This document shows positions 52,001 to 60,312 of a stretch of DNA of 64,000 bases, one piece after another; positions within the stretch are counted from its first letter, which is position 1; each line of letters begins with the position of its first letter. The DNA comes from Octopus bimaculoides. Taxonomy: Eukaryota. A model generated the notes under the pieces. It did not search any database, had not been told where the DNA came from, and saw only the letters and a program-made list of their open reading frames with translations. The stretch spans positions 50,267,985 through 50,331,984 of the forward strand of contig NC_068996.1 in the NCBI RefSeq assembly GCF_001194135.2, written 5' to 3'. The position numbers and the translations under genes were made by a program.

Positions 52001-54722
52001 CAAGTGGGGTAAGTTGATTATAGTGATCCCAGTGCTTAACTGGGGTCGCTATAATGGATGAAAGGTTAAGTCGACCTTGGCAGAATTAGAACTCAGAACA
52101 TCAAGACAACTTCACAAAAATATTAGTTGATTTATCATTTACAAAGAAAATAAGTCACTGTGACCTATTAAATTTCTGACAGAAAATAAGTAAATGAGAA
52201 TATTTTTTGTGGATAAAATTAAAAATTTTTAAGCCATACGAAAAAAAAAAACTCCCCCAAAAAGAATAGAATTTTTTTTTCCAGCTTTATATTTTCTATC
52301 AAGACACTATTTATCCAAGTAAAGAGAATGGCTTTCTAGAAATGGCTTGTATGTTTGGTTTGTTTGTTACATATTTCTACTTTTTGTCCTTTATCTAATG
52401 GAAATATCTTAAATTTACTATTTCTTTGCAAATGTTAAATTTGATTAGAATATTATAATGTAAATGTTTTAATACTGGCATAGAATCAACTGCTACTAAG
52501 GACCTTCAACATTTTCTTCAGACTTGTGACATAGAGGGCAACTGAGAGTTCCTATGGGACAACTTCCTGAGTGCCACAGACCAAATTTGTGGCTGGTGCA
52601 AAGTCCCAATCAGACCTAAGGTGATGTGGTGGTTGAACAGTGTAGTAGACAGGGCCATTAGAGCAAAGAAACAGGCCTGGGAAGATTGGAAGAATGGTGG
52701 TAACAGAAAACTATGTCAGGTAGCTAAGGGAGAAGCAGAAAGGAGAAAGTTTGCCAATGTCCTGCAGCATGAGGACCAAAGACTTGAGATGTTTCGGATG
52801 GTAAGACAGTGTGTCAGAGAGAATCATGGTGCTGTAGGAGAGAAGTGTGTTCACATGGATGATGGTTCAAATGCAGTTAGAAATTCTGCAAAGGAGAGCC
52901 TGCCTAATGTGGACCTACTGTCAATTCCCATGGACAGTTTATGTGAATCGACAGTGGCTTAGTAGATAAAGCAATTCAGGATAAGACAGGGAAAGCCTCT
53001 GGCCCCTCAAGTATCACCGCTGAGATGCTTAAAATATCTGGTGGAGTGGGATATAGTCTAGTCACTCATATAGTTAACCAAGTTGTCTACGAGGGAGTCA
53101 TCCAGCAACTGGTGTAGCAGCAAGCAGCATTATAGTTAACTGTTACAAAGGTAAAGGTGATGCCTTAGACAGAAATTACGAAGGCATCAAATTGCTGGAC
53201 CAGGTCATGAAAGTTACGGAGAGTAACAATTCAATTAATTAGAAAGTTAACCTAGATGAGATGCAGCTTGGTTTTGAGCCAGGAAGAAGCATAACTGATG
53301 CTATCTTCCTGGTGAGGCAACTGCAGGGAAAGTATTTAAACAAAATAATTCTCCTCTGTATTTGGCTTTTGTTGACATGGAGAAAGCCTTCGACAGGTCC
53401 CTTGCTCCCTTATCTGGTGATCAATGCAGAAGCTAGGGATAGATGAGCAGTGAGTGAGAGCTGTAGAAGCCATATACAGGGATGCTGTCAGAAAGGTGAA
53501 AGTTGGCAATGAATATAGCAAGGAATTTAGTGTACAGGTAGGAGTTCACCAGGGATTTGTTCTCATAGTCTTTCAGGTCAAAACAGAGAGGAATTTAAGA
53601 CTGGCTGCCCTTGGGGGCTCATTTGTGCTGATGACCTTGTTCTTATTGCTGTATGACTACCAAAACTAGAAATTTTAGGTGTGGAAGCAAGACCTGGAAT
53701 CAGAGGGACTTAATCCAAAGTTCGAATAAATATGAAAGCAGACAAATTACTGATCCCTTCAGGGAGATGGCCTTGCTTGATATGTAGAAAAGGTGTTGGT
53801 AGAAACTTCATATGGTGTACTCAGTGCAAGCTACGGACACATAGGAGGTGCAATGGTATAATAGAGAAAGTAGTCTTTACATATGGCAGAAGTGTAGATA
53901 CATTAAACACCAGAAATGTACGGAAAATAGATTCCCTCATTTCGTTATTTTCCTTGATTGGGCGATCTACTAGGGCAAATCAGTCAATGTTGTTGACTGA
54001 AATATACATAAAGCTATTGCTTTATAAGTTTGTTCAGAGTTGTCTCTCTTAGGTACATCTCTTTGACAAGAGTTAACAAACTTGAAACATTGATGTCTGG
54101 GGTTTCTGATAGATGGCGACACTGAACAAACCAGGTGTTTTCATACTTTTTACCATAAGAGAGATATTTTCTCCACAGTAACTGCAGTGAATTGCAAAAC
54201 ACACACACACAAGGAGACAGAGGTGCACACACATATATAAACACACACACACACACACACACACAAAAATACATAAACACGGACATGCAAGCACATGAAT
54301 ATGCAGAATACATACATACAGATGCACACACATACATACATATATACATATGCACACACACACACACACACATATATACATACATACACATACATACATA
54401 CATGCATGCATGCATGCATGCATGGGCACACACACACACACACTAATCTACACACATGTGCACAAACAAACAAAAAGGAACGCAGTGTAAATAACGGACA
54501 GAGCCAAGACTATTGAAAAGGTTGCAAGATGCAACAAAAATTTTAGGAAAAAAAAAAAGGAATAAATGGAAATTTTAGGAAAATAAAAATAAGAAATAAA
54601 TGGAAATTTTACCAGTGTTAAATTATAAGGCACAAAAAGAAAATGAATCTCCCCAGATACAACAGAATATGCTTCAACACACGAACTCACATAAAGAATC
54701 TTACAAACCAAATCCAAAAATG

Positions 54723-54765
<43 letters not shown>

Positions 54766-57700
54766 TATATATGTATATATATTTATGTGTGTGCGTGTGT
54801 GTGTGTGTGCCATCGCTTGACAACCAATGCTGGTGTGTTCATGTCCCCATAACTTAGCAATTCGGTATAAGAGATTGATAGAATAAGTACTTGGCTTACA
54901 AAGAATAAGTCCTGGGGTTGATTTCTTCGACTATAGCCCTTTAAGGTGGTGCTCCAGCATGGCCACAGTCAAATGAATGAAACAAGTAAAAGAATACTGA
55001 TAAGGGTATATTATATATACTATTATCATTGTTATAGGATTGGACTAAATGCTTTGTGGTATTTGTTTGGTTCTTTGCTTTCTGAGTTCAAATCTCACCA
55101 TTGTCTACTTGGATGATAGGTTTCATCTGGCACCCAGTTTAACACCACCACCTGGTGCCCAAATCTTTTAGCATTTAACCCAGCTATATACGGTCCAAAT
55201 ATTCTACCAGTGTTATGATCAAACAGATCAGATCTAGCTGTTCACACCTACCCTACAATGTCATTCAAAATATAAACAATCACATAATTGAAATTTCTAA
55301 GCTATGAGAGAATGCAAGATTAATTTAAAACAATGTGGATAAATAAGCATTATATTTGACAGAGAAATCTGAATGCTAACGAGTTAAGTGCCTTTAACTG
55401 ACCCCACCTCCACCTTGTTGTGAGTATTCAGGTCATGTTTTTCATTTCCAGATACCTTCCTTCATCTTTCACTCCAACTAATTACAGAGAAGCTGTAAAA
55501 TATCATGGGCCCTGTTTACCCCACCCCTGGTAAAAGCAAAAAAAGGAAAGTGAAATACAAAATTGTGATTCAACTTTTTGGTAACTTTATATGAAAATCA
55601 CCACCATCAATCATCAGTCATATTATAAAATGACCAATAACAATGAGTCTGAGTCTGGTTAAACTAATTCACAACAAGCGTATGGATTGACATATGGACT
55701 GTGCACTGATAGAAATTACAGACATCCACTTATTTTGAATTTGCTTCTCGAAGCTTTCCAGAAATAGGGAAACGTGAAGTAGCAAATTTGGATAAACAAC
55801 TAAACTAAGCAAAATATATTGAGTTTCTCATTTTCTTACATTTGTAAATCCAAACACATACATGTATTAATAAATTCATTTATTTACCTCTTCCTCTTTC
55901 CGGATTCTCTCTGTGAAATTCCTTTCCTTCTCCATTAAAGCATTCATTTTAAGTTGATAGTTCTTTTCCAGCTGAAAAAAATGTGTGTGTGTATTTCATT
56001 GTACCATCCATTTTTATATTATATATTATATATTCCATATTCTATATCCCACATTAATTTTACAAGAATATAAATAAAACATAAAAAACAGACAGAGTTG
56101 GAACTCTTTTAAATAAAATAATATACATATATATATATATATACATATACACGAGGGTGAGTCAAAAAGTAATGCCATTTTGTTTAGGACAGGTATAATT
56201 ACCAACACAGGAACATGTACCATATGTCAAAATGAAGCTGGTCCTCTGTGGATCACATCCCTACTTCTCAACATAGTCACCGTTTCTCTCAATAGCAATG
56301 TTCCACCTTTGAATGAGAGCATGTATCCCTGCCCCATAAAATTCAGTTGACTGTTCTTTGCACCACTTCTTCACTACAGTTTTCACTTCCTCATCACTGG
56401 AATAATGTTTGCCTCGCAAACCCTCTTTCATGGGGCTGAAGGGATGATAGTCTGAAGGCGCTAAATTANNNNNNNNNNNNNNNNNNNNNNNNNNNNNNNN
56501 NNNNNNNNNNNNNNNNNNNNNNNNNNNNNNNNNNNNNNNNNNNNNNNNNNNNNNNNNNNNNNNNNNNNNNNNNNNNNNNNNNNNNNNNNNNNNNNNNNNN
56601 NNNNNNNNNNNNNNNNNNNNNNNNNNNNNNNNNNNNNNNNNNNNNNNNNNNNNNNNNNNNNNNNNNNNNNNNNNNNNNNNNNNNNNNNNNNNNNNNNNNN
56701 NNNNNNNNNNNNNNNNNNNNNNNNNNNNNNNNNNNNNNNNNNNNNNNNNNNNGACATTAAAGGATGCTGATATTGTTAATGCTTGTTCTTATGTTTAGTT
56801 ATAATAAAAACAATTTTACATTAATCTGATGGATTACTCTCTACTTATGGAGAGTACAAGTTTATTCTTAAACAAAAATATTGTTGACAGTGATTTCAAA
56901 GTTTCGGCCACTTTCCATGCCGGCATGGGTTGGATGGTTTGACTGAGGACTGGCGAACCAAATGGCTGCACCAGGCTCCAATCTGATTTGGCAGAGTTTC
57001 TACAGCTGGATGTTCTTCCTAATGCCAACCACTCCGAGAGTGTAGTGGGTGCTTTTACGTGCCACTGACATGAAGGCCAGTTGCGCAGTACTGGCAACGG
57101 CCACGTTCAAAATGGTATTTTTTACGTGCCACCTGCACAGGAGCCAGTCTAGCGGCACTGGCAACGACCTTGCTCGAATGATTTTCTAAACGTGCCAGTA
57201 AGGTGACATTGGTAACGATCATGCTCAAATGGTGCTATTTACATGCCACTGGCACAGAAGCCAGACAGCTGCTCTGGCAACGAGCACGCTCGGACGGTGC
57301 TCTTAGTGTTCCACTGGTACAGGTGCCAGTCATCGAATATGGTTCAATTATAATATAATTATGAAAAATCAATTTCGTTACAAGGGGATTTTCTCTCCTT
57401 GCTAAAAGCAGATTATATAATGTTTGTGCAAAAAGTGAGGTATTGCATGGTCGTGAATCACAAACACTGAATGTGGAAAATGTGAGATGGCTGGAAAGAA
57501 GTGAGATGAATAGTTTGATAACTTATTATGGTCAATCCTATAAATTACAGACGTGATAGTAAGTCCAAGAATAACTTATTAATGTGATGACCAATCACAT
57601 TGTGTTTCCCTGTAGTTGTTCCTTTCTAGAACACCTCCTTTGTCCTTGTGGCAGTTATCAATAATAATGCTATGCCAGTCATTGGGGATGATGTTTCTAT

Positions 57701-60312
57701 ATACTTCCTGATGGCAATGAACTGTTTTTCTTTCTCAGTGAAGTGCAGCCTGTCAGCATCAGCGTCATTGTCATCATTTAACATCTGCTTTCCATGCTGA
57801 CATGGATAAGACAGTTTGACAGGGAACCAGCGAGCTCCTTGTTAAACTGCATCGAGCTGCAATGGCATTTTAGGTATGGTTTCTATGGCTGATTGTCTTC
57901 TATGAAGCTTGTTTAATATAAAATATGATATTACACAATAGCAAGACATGGGTGCCGAAGGTAGAGGATGTGTAAAGGCTGGAAAGAAAGGAGGGGAACC
58001 TGAGCATCAGTGTAATGTCAGAGAGTACGAATTACAGAGTACAGAGAAGTGATGAGAGTTTAGAGGAAAAAATGAGTATCAGAGGAATGAGCTGTAGTTT
58101 TTAAGGAAGACTGCAATGGTATGGACATACGTTGTGCAGAGTTCATAACTGGGTCAAGAAGTGTCTGGCAATCTCAGTAGAAGTAGTCTGTGGAAAAGAA
58201 AGTCCAAAGGAGATGTGGTGAAGACTTACGTCAGGATGCTGTACCCAACAAAGGAGATAAGGGGCCACAACAAACTGTGAGTTGTTGTGCTGGGGAAAAT
58301 CCTTCCAACCCATTCCAGCATGGGTAAAACAAATGTAAAATGGTGATGACAGTGATGATGACGATGATGGTGATGATGATGATGGTAGTGGTGATGATGA
58401 TGATGATGATGATGATGATGGTGGTGACAATGGTTCTCCAACACCACAGTCTCTTACCTCTTGCCGAACTTTTTCCAGTTCTTTCCTGGAGGCTTCTTTT
58501 TCCTCGAGCCTTAATTTTGCCAAATCATTGTCTTTCATTCTTGCCAGCTGTAATTAAAAAAAAAAGAGTGATGGCTTGATGGTCAGTTCCATAACATGGC
58601 GATGTGTTGCTCAGCCTTATAAACCTACCTATATGACGGTCAGAGCTATTTGTGATGGTCAAGTCTATCAGCATCTATTAATATCTCTGTTAGTCCTATA
58701 ACTTACTAATATGATGACCAGAGCTAAGGCAGCGATCTGGCAGAATCGTTAGCTCACCAGGCAAAAATGCTTAGCAGCATTTCGTCTGTCTTTATGTTCT
58801 GAGTTCAAATTCCACTGAAGTCCACTTTGCCTTTCATCAGTTCAGGGTCAATAACAATAAGCACCAGTTGAACACCGGCAGCAGTATAATTGACTGACCC
58901 CTTCCTTTAAAATTGCTGTCCTTGTGTCAGGATCTGAAACCAATATGAAGGTCAAATCTATTGATGTGATGGTCATTCCAACAGCCCACTGTTGAATAAA
59001 TATATAAGGTAGCCTTTACATGGTTGCTCAAAATGCTAGAAATAATATGTGTGAAAAAAGAAAAAAAAAGAATGATGCCGGTTGGAACTCTTTTAATCTT
59101 TGGTTTTCTCAGTCAAAACAATGTAAATAAATAAGTATTACATTTGACAGGGTAATCTGAATGCTAAAGGGTTTCAGATTTTGTTATAATACTTTCTACT
59201 ATAGGCACAACGCCTGAAATTTGGAGGAGAGGTATAGTCAATTACATCAAACCCCAGTATTCAACTGGTACTTATTTTATCAACCCCATAAGAATGAAAG
59301 GCAAAGTCAACCTCGGTGGAATTTGAACTCCAAATGTAGCGACAGGCAAATTACCATCAAGCATTTTGTCCAGCGTGCTAACCATTCTGCCAGCTCACTG
59401 CCTTTGATTTATCTTATAATAACCCTTTCTACTATAGACACAAAGCCTGAAATTTTGGGGTAGGGGACTAGTTGATTACATCAACCCCAGTGTGTAGCGG
59501 GTACTTAATTTATCGACTCTGGAAGGATGAAAGGCAAAGTCAACCTCGGTGGTATCTAAGTAGTTTGTCCAGTGTGCTAACAATTCAGCCAGTTTATTGC
59601 CCTCAATTTTCTTATAATAATAACAATATAGGCGCAGGAATGGCTATGTGGTAAGTAGCTTGCTTACCAACCACATGGTTCCGGGTTCAGTCCCACTGCA
59701 TGGCACCTTGGACAAAGTGTCTTCTACTATAGCCTCAGATCAACCAAAGCCTTGTGAGTGGATTTGGTAGACGGAAACTGAAAGAAGCCCATCATATATA
59801 TTTATATTTGGAGCCTGGTGTAGCCATCCGGTTGCACCAGTCCTCAGTCAAATCGTCCAACCCATGCTAGCATGGAAAGCGGACGTTAAACGATGATGAT
59901 GATATATATGTATGTGTGTTTTTGTGTGAATGTGTTTGTCCCCCCAACATCGCTTGACAACTGATGCTGGTGTGTTTACGTCCCTGTAACTTAGCGGTTC
60001 AGCAAAATAGAATGATAGAATAAGAACTAGGCTTACAAAGAATAAGTCCTGGGGTCGATTTGCTTGACTAAAAGGCGGTGCTCCAGCATGGCTGCAGTCA
60101 AATGACTGAAACAAGTAAAAGAGTAGAAGAGTATAACAAACAAAATAATATATTAAATTTCTACGTTACCTCCAATTGTAATTCTGTTTGATATCTTTCT
60201 TCGAGTTTCTTTTGAAGCGATGTGAGTTTTTCTTCCACTCCAGAAATTGCCTTTTGATAATGTTCCTCTTTTTTGTCCATATATATTTTTTCAACCCCGT
60301 TTAATTTTGCAT
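919..60312 (-). CDS. OFD1: OFD1-like centriolar/centriolar-satellite coiled-coil protein; partial multi-exon gene (22 exons in window, about 834 codons; 5' and 3' ends outside window or in gaps)
   Basis: 22 exons with AG acceptors and GT donors whose phases chain without a stop (2503 nt = 2 + 833 codons + 2). Recalled similarity to human OFD1, in the same order: QKDTYQQRQALLEEVNKLRQKESEL ~ [50 protein letters not shown] ~ [37 protein letters not shown] ~ EAERLEKAFRSY; KTLSSTP ~ RRLSSTP. No database search was run. Confidence 0.85.
1012..1487. mobile_element. piggyBac-like MITE (TTAA-CCCTTT ends) interrupted by an RTE 3' end
   Basis: Starts TTAACCCTTTA; family consensus ends TAAAGGGTTAA; related copies near 2060-2310, 41354-42060 (also interrupted) and 55165-55388. 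Confidence 0.6.
3640..4270 (-). mobile_element. Decayed RTE-type LINE ORF2 C-terminus with a nested SINE
   Basis: Minus-strand remnants WEEVATQGEMW and DKKCQRRKESLSQLP...CSRI, typical of RTE ORF2 ends; stops and frameshifts present. Confidence 0.6.
3859..4093 (-). mobile_element. tRNA-derived SINE (Deu/Nin-like central domain) with an 18-bp target-site duplication
   Basis: GGACTGGATGCAATCTTA at 3841-3858 and 4094-4111; B-box GAGTTCAAATTC; motif GCCTTTCATCCTTTCGGGGTCGATAAATTAAGTACC. Other copies near 10915, 13195, 15316, 22745, 25030, 34010, 58725, 59195. The domain name is from memory. Confidence 0.75.
5345..5580. repeat. Degenerate minisatellite (unit of roughly 25-35 bp, AGAGTCCATCATACATCTAGCCACT-like)
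   Basis: Recurring AGAGTC/CATACATCTA/GCCACT motifs. Confidence 0.55.
5625..5747 (-). CDS. OFD1: OFD1 exon, phase 0-0: IPEPENVTNSARAIEKEEVAEIISEKSNKDEDSNLIASEIM
   Basis: (TC)n tract then ttcaaag acceptor, donor ATG|gtttgt; 123 nt; acidic composition. Confidence 0.75.
7059..7138 (-). CDS. OFD1: OFD1 exon, phase 1-0: DDTPLEVPETKAETAPVPQMPDSSHK
   Basis: Acceptor ttccag, donor AAA|gtatga; 80 nt. Confidence 0.78.
7466..7710 (+). mobile_element. tRNA-derived SINE with a hammerhead-like tail (copy 1)
   Basis: A-box TGGCATAGTGG, B-box-like GAGTTTAATTCC, then AACAC-CTGATGA-AGGCTG..CAGCC-GAAAC-GTGTT at 7586-7628. Confidence 0.7.
8064..8346. mobile_element. Solo LTR (283 bp)
   Basis: TG...CA ends; 12/13-bp terminal inverted repeat (TGTGGTGTTATGG / CCATCACACCACA); 5-bp TSD ATGCT on both sides; GC-richer than the flanks. 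Confidence 0.75.
8855..9257 (-). mobile_element. tRNA-derived SINE with an internal microsatellite (Meta-domain-like, from memory); very high copy number
   Basis: A-box TGGCTGTGTGG, B-box GGTTCAGTCC, motif AGCCTTGTGAGTGGATTTGGTAGACGGAAACTGAAAGAAGCCCGTCG. Other copies near 5905, 6413, 15598, 18620, 20440-21330, 34860-35850, 54790, 59630, 61865, 63700. Confidence 0.8.
10205..10440 (-). mobile_element. mariner transposon 3' fragment with a TIR
   Basis: TA-CACGAGG TIR; minus-strand remnant GLETLKDCCNSWVNLRGEYVE*. Confidence 0.65.
10532..10822 (-). CDS. OFD1: OFD1 exon, phase 1-1: YGENGEIFKTRKLSHTSETMDRNYRSS...SLDDAWRSSRITK(D)
   Basis: Acceptor aacacag, donor AAG|gtacct; 291 nt; overlaps ORF 10455..10784. 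Confidence 0.82.
11500..11800 (-). mobile_element. Non-LTR retrotransposon fragment, restriction-like endonuclease C-terminus (R4/Dong-like)
   Basis: KEGEKIDGYNTLKYEIAWIWKMKKVKIVPIIVGSLGTV, then in a shifted frame LLQKVCLLGTARIIRKVL. Confidence 0.7.
12504..12619 (-). CDS. OFD1: OFD1 exon, phase 2-1: SDDERGHEDEIIQTLDEPILQDLHISNDNLNSNSERKT(D); 3' boundary uncertain
   Basis: Acceptor ttttag; only weak phase-1 donors are available (CAG|gtctct used); 116 nt. Confidence 0.7.
13560..14144 (+). mobile_element. Penelope-like remnant: GIY-YIG endonuclease end plus a downstream hammerhead-like motif
   Basis: HAKEQHGGVLDRISIEILSRHPDDASLWQIQESVLRTETRPILNSK; GTTA-CTGAAGA-GATTGCA agag TGCAAT-GAAA-TAATT-TAAC at 14104-14144. 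Confidence 0.55.
14538..14622 (-). CDS. OFD1: OFD1 exon, phase 1-2: HRDVGIPLPGLDISNLSGEEGDRTKYI(K)
   Basis: Long poly-T tract then tttcag, donor AAA|gtaagt; 85 nt. Confidence 0.83.
16111..16215 (-). CDS. OFD1: OFD1 exon, phase 1-1: SNSDSDDVLTPDCQSLKTLSSTPRKKLYQSARRK(D)
   Basis: Acceptor ctatag, donor AAG|gtgagt; 105 nt; contains the LSSTP motif. Confidence 0.87.
16582..17019. mobile_element. MITE-like DNA element with terminal inverted repeats and an extra internal arm
   Basis: GTGACTCACCGACTTTGTTTCTTT at the left end; inverted copies ending near 16872 and 17019. Confidence 0.55.
17818..18146. repeat. Near-perfect foldback (158-bp arms, 13-nt loop, 2 mismatches) with a hammerhead-like core in each arm
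   Basis: 17818-17975 is the reverse complement of 17989-18146; CTGAAGA-AGGAAT tgt ATTCT-GAAA-TATC at 18029-18057. Confidence 0.85.
18227..18380 (-). CDS. OFD1: OFD1 exon, phase 0-1: [51 protein letters not shown](D)
   Basis: Acceptor ttccag, donor CAG|gtaaag; 154 nt. Confidence 0.87.
19340..20360. mobile_element. Two Penelope-like 3' ends in inverted orientation (GIY-YIG C-terminus plus terminal region with hammerhead)
   Basis: Right arm encodes DIKWKIVQHPGPFVNGSGCCKICTAERTKIL*NYTKPGALNSRREIFSKCVHFKHYLL; left arm is ORF 19558..19776(-); hammerhead-like motif at 19344-19403(-). Confidence 0.8.
21925..22216 (-). CDS. OFD1: OFD1 exon, phase 2-0: SDANSEIPCNKPVLLHGG...DTSRVIRDTKYQSEMLEKDTK
   Basis: Acceptor tcttag, donor AAG|gtaagt; 292 nt; overlaps ORF 21874..22179. 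Confidence 0.88.
23161..23380 (-). mobile_element. Penelope-like terminal fragment with a degenerate hammerhead
   Basis: CTA-CTCAGGA-AGAGAC..GTCTTC-GAAACGTC-TAG on the minus strand (23261-23316); core G5 changed to C. Confidence 0.45.
24396..24441 (-). CDS. OFD1: OFD1 exon, phase 1-2: LHQEITRKAEKVYF(R)
   Basis: Long poly-T acceptor ending ttcag, donor TAG|gtaagt; 46 nt; positionally equivalent to human ALENEVY...DR. Confidence 0.85.
24680..24902. repeat. (TAG)n microsatellite
   Basis: About 70 imperfect TAG units. Confidence 0.95.
25496..25787. mobile_element. hAT-like MITE with an 8-bp TSD
   Basis: TSD GGTTAGAA at 25488-25495 and 25788-25795; right TIR GGTTGAGAACAGCTG; left TIR degenerate. 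Confidence 0.55.
25865..26150 (+). mobile_element. tRNA-derived SINE with a hammerhead-like tail (copy 2, internal (TAA)n)
   Basis: Colinear with 7466-7710; TGGCGTAGTGG and GAGTTCAATTCC boxes; CAC-CTGAAGA-AGGCTG..CAGCC-GGAATGTT-GTGTT at 26041-26084. Confidence 0.7.
27281..27792. mobile_element. Tc1/mariner-type (pogo/Tigger-like) MITE
   Basis: TIRs CAGTAATCCCT / AGGGATTACTG followed by TA; second copy at 51056-51582 with nested insertions. Confidence 0.7.
28818..29065. repeat. Old foldback inverted repeat with decayed hammerhead-like motifs
   Basis: Arms about 28818-28924 and 28958-29065; CTGAAGAAGG in both arms. Confidence 0.65.
29760..29871 (-). CDS. OFD1: OFD1 exon, phase 0-1: MNKNKELFLKTTSQSQQIQDLNLKNSELQTNLMLAEK(A)
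   Basis: Acceptor tttgcag, donor AAG|gtaatt; 112 nt. Confidence 0.87.
30655..30962 (-). mobile_element. tRNA-derived SINE, fourth family (CORE-like middle region)
   Basis: TGGCTCAATGG A-box, GAGTTCGATTCC B-box, TGTGTTCTTGAGCAAGACACTT; partial copy at 24250-24375. Confidence 0.6.
31790..31945 (+). mobile_element. RTE ORF2 C-terminal fragment
   Basis: RLKRNEANMIRWMCNVSVH...VQERRLHWYG. Confidence 0.6.
32042..32193 (-). CDS. OFD1: OFD1 exon, phase 1-0: QEEMAKDIYKLNQEIMIAKQNSERCRFDVKQEKVVYEEFKEKLDSRLQEE
   Basis: Acceptor ccacag, donor GAG|gtatgt; 152 nt. Confidence 0.88.
34763..34806 (-). CDS. OFD1: OFD1 exon, phase 2-1: LHAETIRKKEELLA(R)
   Basis: Acceptor caacag, donor CAC|gtaagt; 44 nt; the only candidate found that bridges phase 2 to phase 1 here. 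Confidence 0.82.
35854..37793. repeat. About 330-bp inverted duplication (35854-36184 and 37467-37793) flanking the 68-nt OFD1 exon
   Basis: Arms align end to end as reverse complements with scattered substitutions; the left arm interrupts a SINE. Confidence 0.9.
36817..36884 (-). CDS. OFD1: OFD1 exon, phase 0-2: [22 protein letters not shown](L)
   Basis: Acceptor cctcag, donor ACT|gtaagt; 68 nt. Confidence 0.87.
38655..38732 (-). CDS. OFD1: OFD1 exon, phase 0-0: [26 protein letters not shown]
   Basis: Acceptor atttag, donor GAT|gtatgt; 78 nt. Confidence 0.87.
39380..40785 (-). mobile_element. RTE-clade LINE fragment (AP endonuclease plus linker), disrupted
   Basis: HGYGTRNEEETRLLEFCNASNLLICNTNFRKPASHLMTYQSGDSASQIDFIL; HHRLVINDF; KTGKVPGPSGITTEML; ORFs 40183..40500, 39837..40211, 39332..39763. 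Confidence 0.9.
41177..41268 (-). CDS. OFD1: OFD1 exon, phase 1-0: HELRNKEEKEKFQLMKEDNDRKHNRINELE
   Basis: Acceptor ttgatag, donor GAG|gtatgt; 92 nt; ends like human NRVKELE. Confidence 0.87.
42820..43788. mobile_element. Non-autonomous piggyBac-like element (969 bp)
   Basis: TTAA at 42816-42819 and 43789-43792; CCCTTTGCC / GGCAAAGGG termini; no intact ORF. Confidence 0.7.
45162..45235 (-). CDS. OFD1: OFD1 exon, phase 2-1: IKIDLQNKFLERSQNMDSREALIK(V)
   Basis: Acceptor cttgcag, donor AAG|gtatat; 74 nt; phases fit both neighbours. Confidence 0.85.
46326..46408 (+). ncRNA. Minimal type-I hammerhead ribozyme motif, core intact
   Basis: Stem I TACC/GGTG; CTGACGA at 46330-46336; stem II GGGGG..TCACCA/TGGTG..CCCCC; GAAA at 46393-46396; palindromic stem III ATGGCCAT; cleavage triplet AUA. 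Confidence 0.7.
47351..47470 (-). CDS. OFD1: OFD1 exon, phase 2-2: EKTLDQERLKCQEEVLKQKLNEANRIEADYQQRIDNEVF(K)
   Basis: Acceptor aaatag, donor TAA|gtaaga; 120 nt. Confidence 0.88.
49820..49926 (-). CDS. OFD1: OFD1 exon, phase 0-2: IQQKDTYQQRQALLEEVNKLRQKESELTKMMEMAN(R)
   Basis: Acceptor ttccag, donor CAG|gtaaac; 107 nt; best recalled match to human OFD1. Confidence 0.9.
51755..51919. mobile_element. hAT-like MITE
   Basis: CAGGGCTGGCC / GCTGGCCCTG ends; 8-bp TSD ATACTATA / ATACTATG. Confidence 0.7.
52520..53930 (+). mobile_element. RTE-clade LINE fragment (linker plus reverse transcriptase), disrupted
   Basis: WWLNSVVDRAIRAKKQAWEDWK; QLGFEPGRSITDAIFLVRQLQ; VGVHQG; same family as 39380-40785 in the opposite orientation. 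Confidence 0.9.
55888..55971 (-). CDS. OFD1: OFD1 exon, phase 0-0: LEKNYQLKMNALMEKERNFTERIRKEEE
   Basis: Acceptor ttttcag, donor GAG|gtaaat; 84 nt. Confidence 0.88.
56150..56468 (-). mobile_element. mariner transposon 3' end (runs into a gap)
   Basis: TA-CACGAGGG TIR; open frame NLAPSDYHPFSPMKEGLRGKHYSSDEEVKTVVKKWCKEQSTEFYGAGIHALIQRWNIAIERNGDYVEK*. Confidence 0.9.
58458..58547 (-). CDS. OFD1: OFD1 exon, phase 0-0: LARMKDNDLAKLRLEEKEASRKELEKVRQE
   Basis: T-rich acceptor ttacag, donor GAG|gtaaga; 90 nt; resembles human [24 protein letters not shown]. Confidence 0.88.
60170..60312 (-). CDS. OFD1: OFD1 exon (1st in window), phase 1-0: AKLNGVEKIYMDKKEEHYQKAISGVEEKLTSLQKKLEERYQTELQLE
   Basis: Acceptor tttcag, donor GAG|gtaacg; 143 nt; coiled-coil character. 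Confidence 0.85.
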
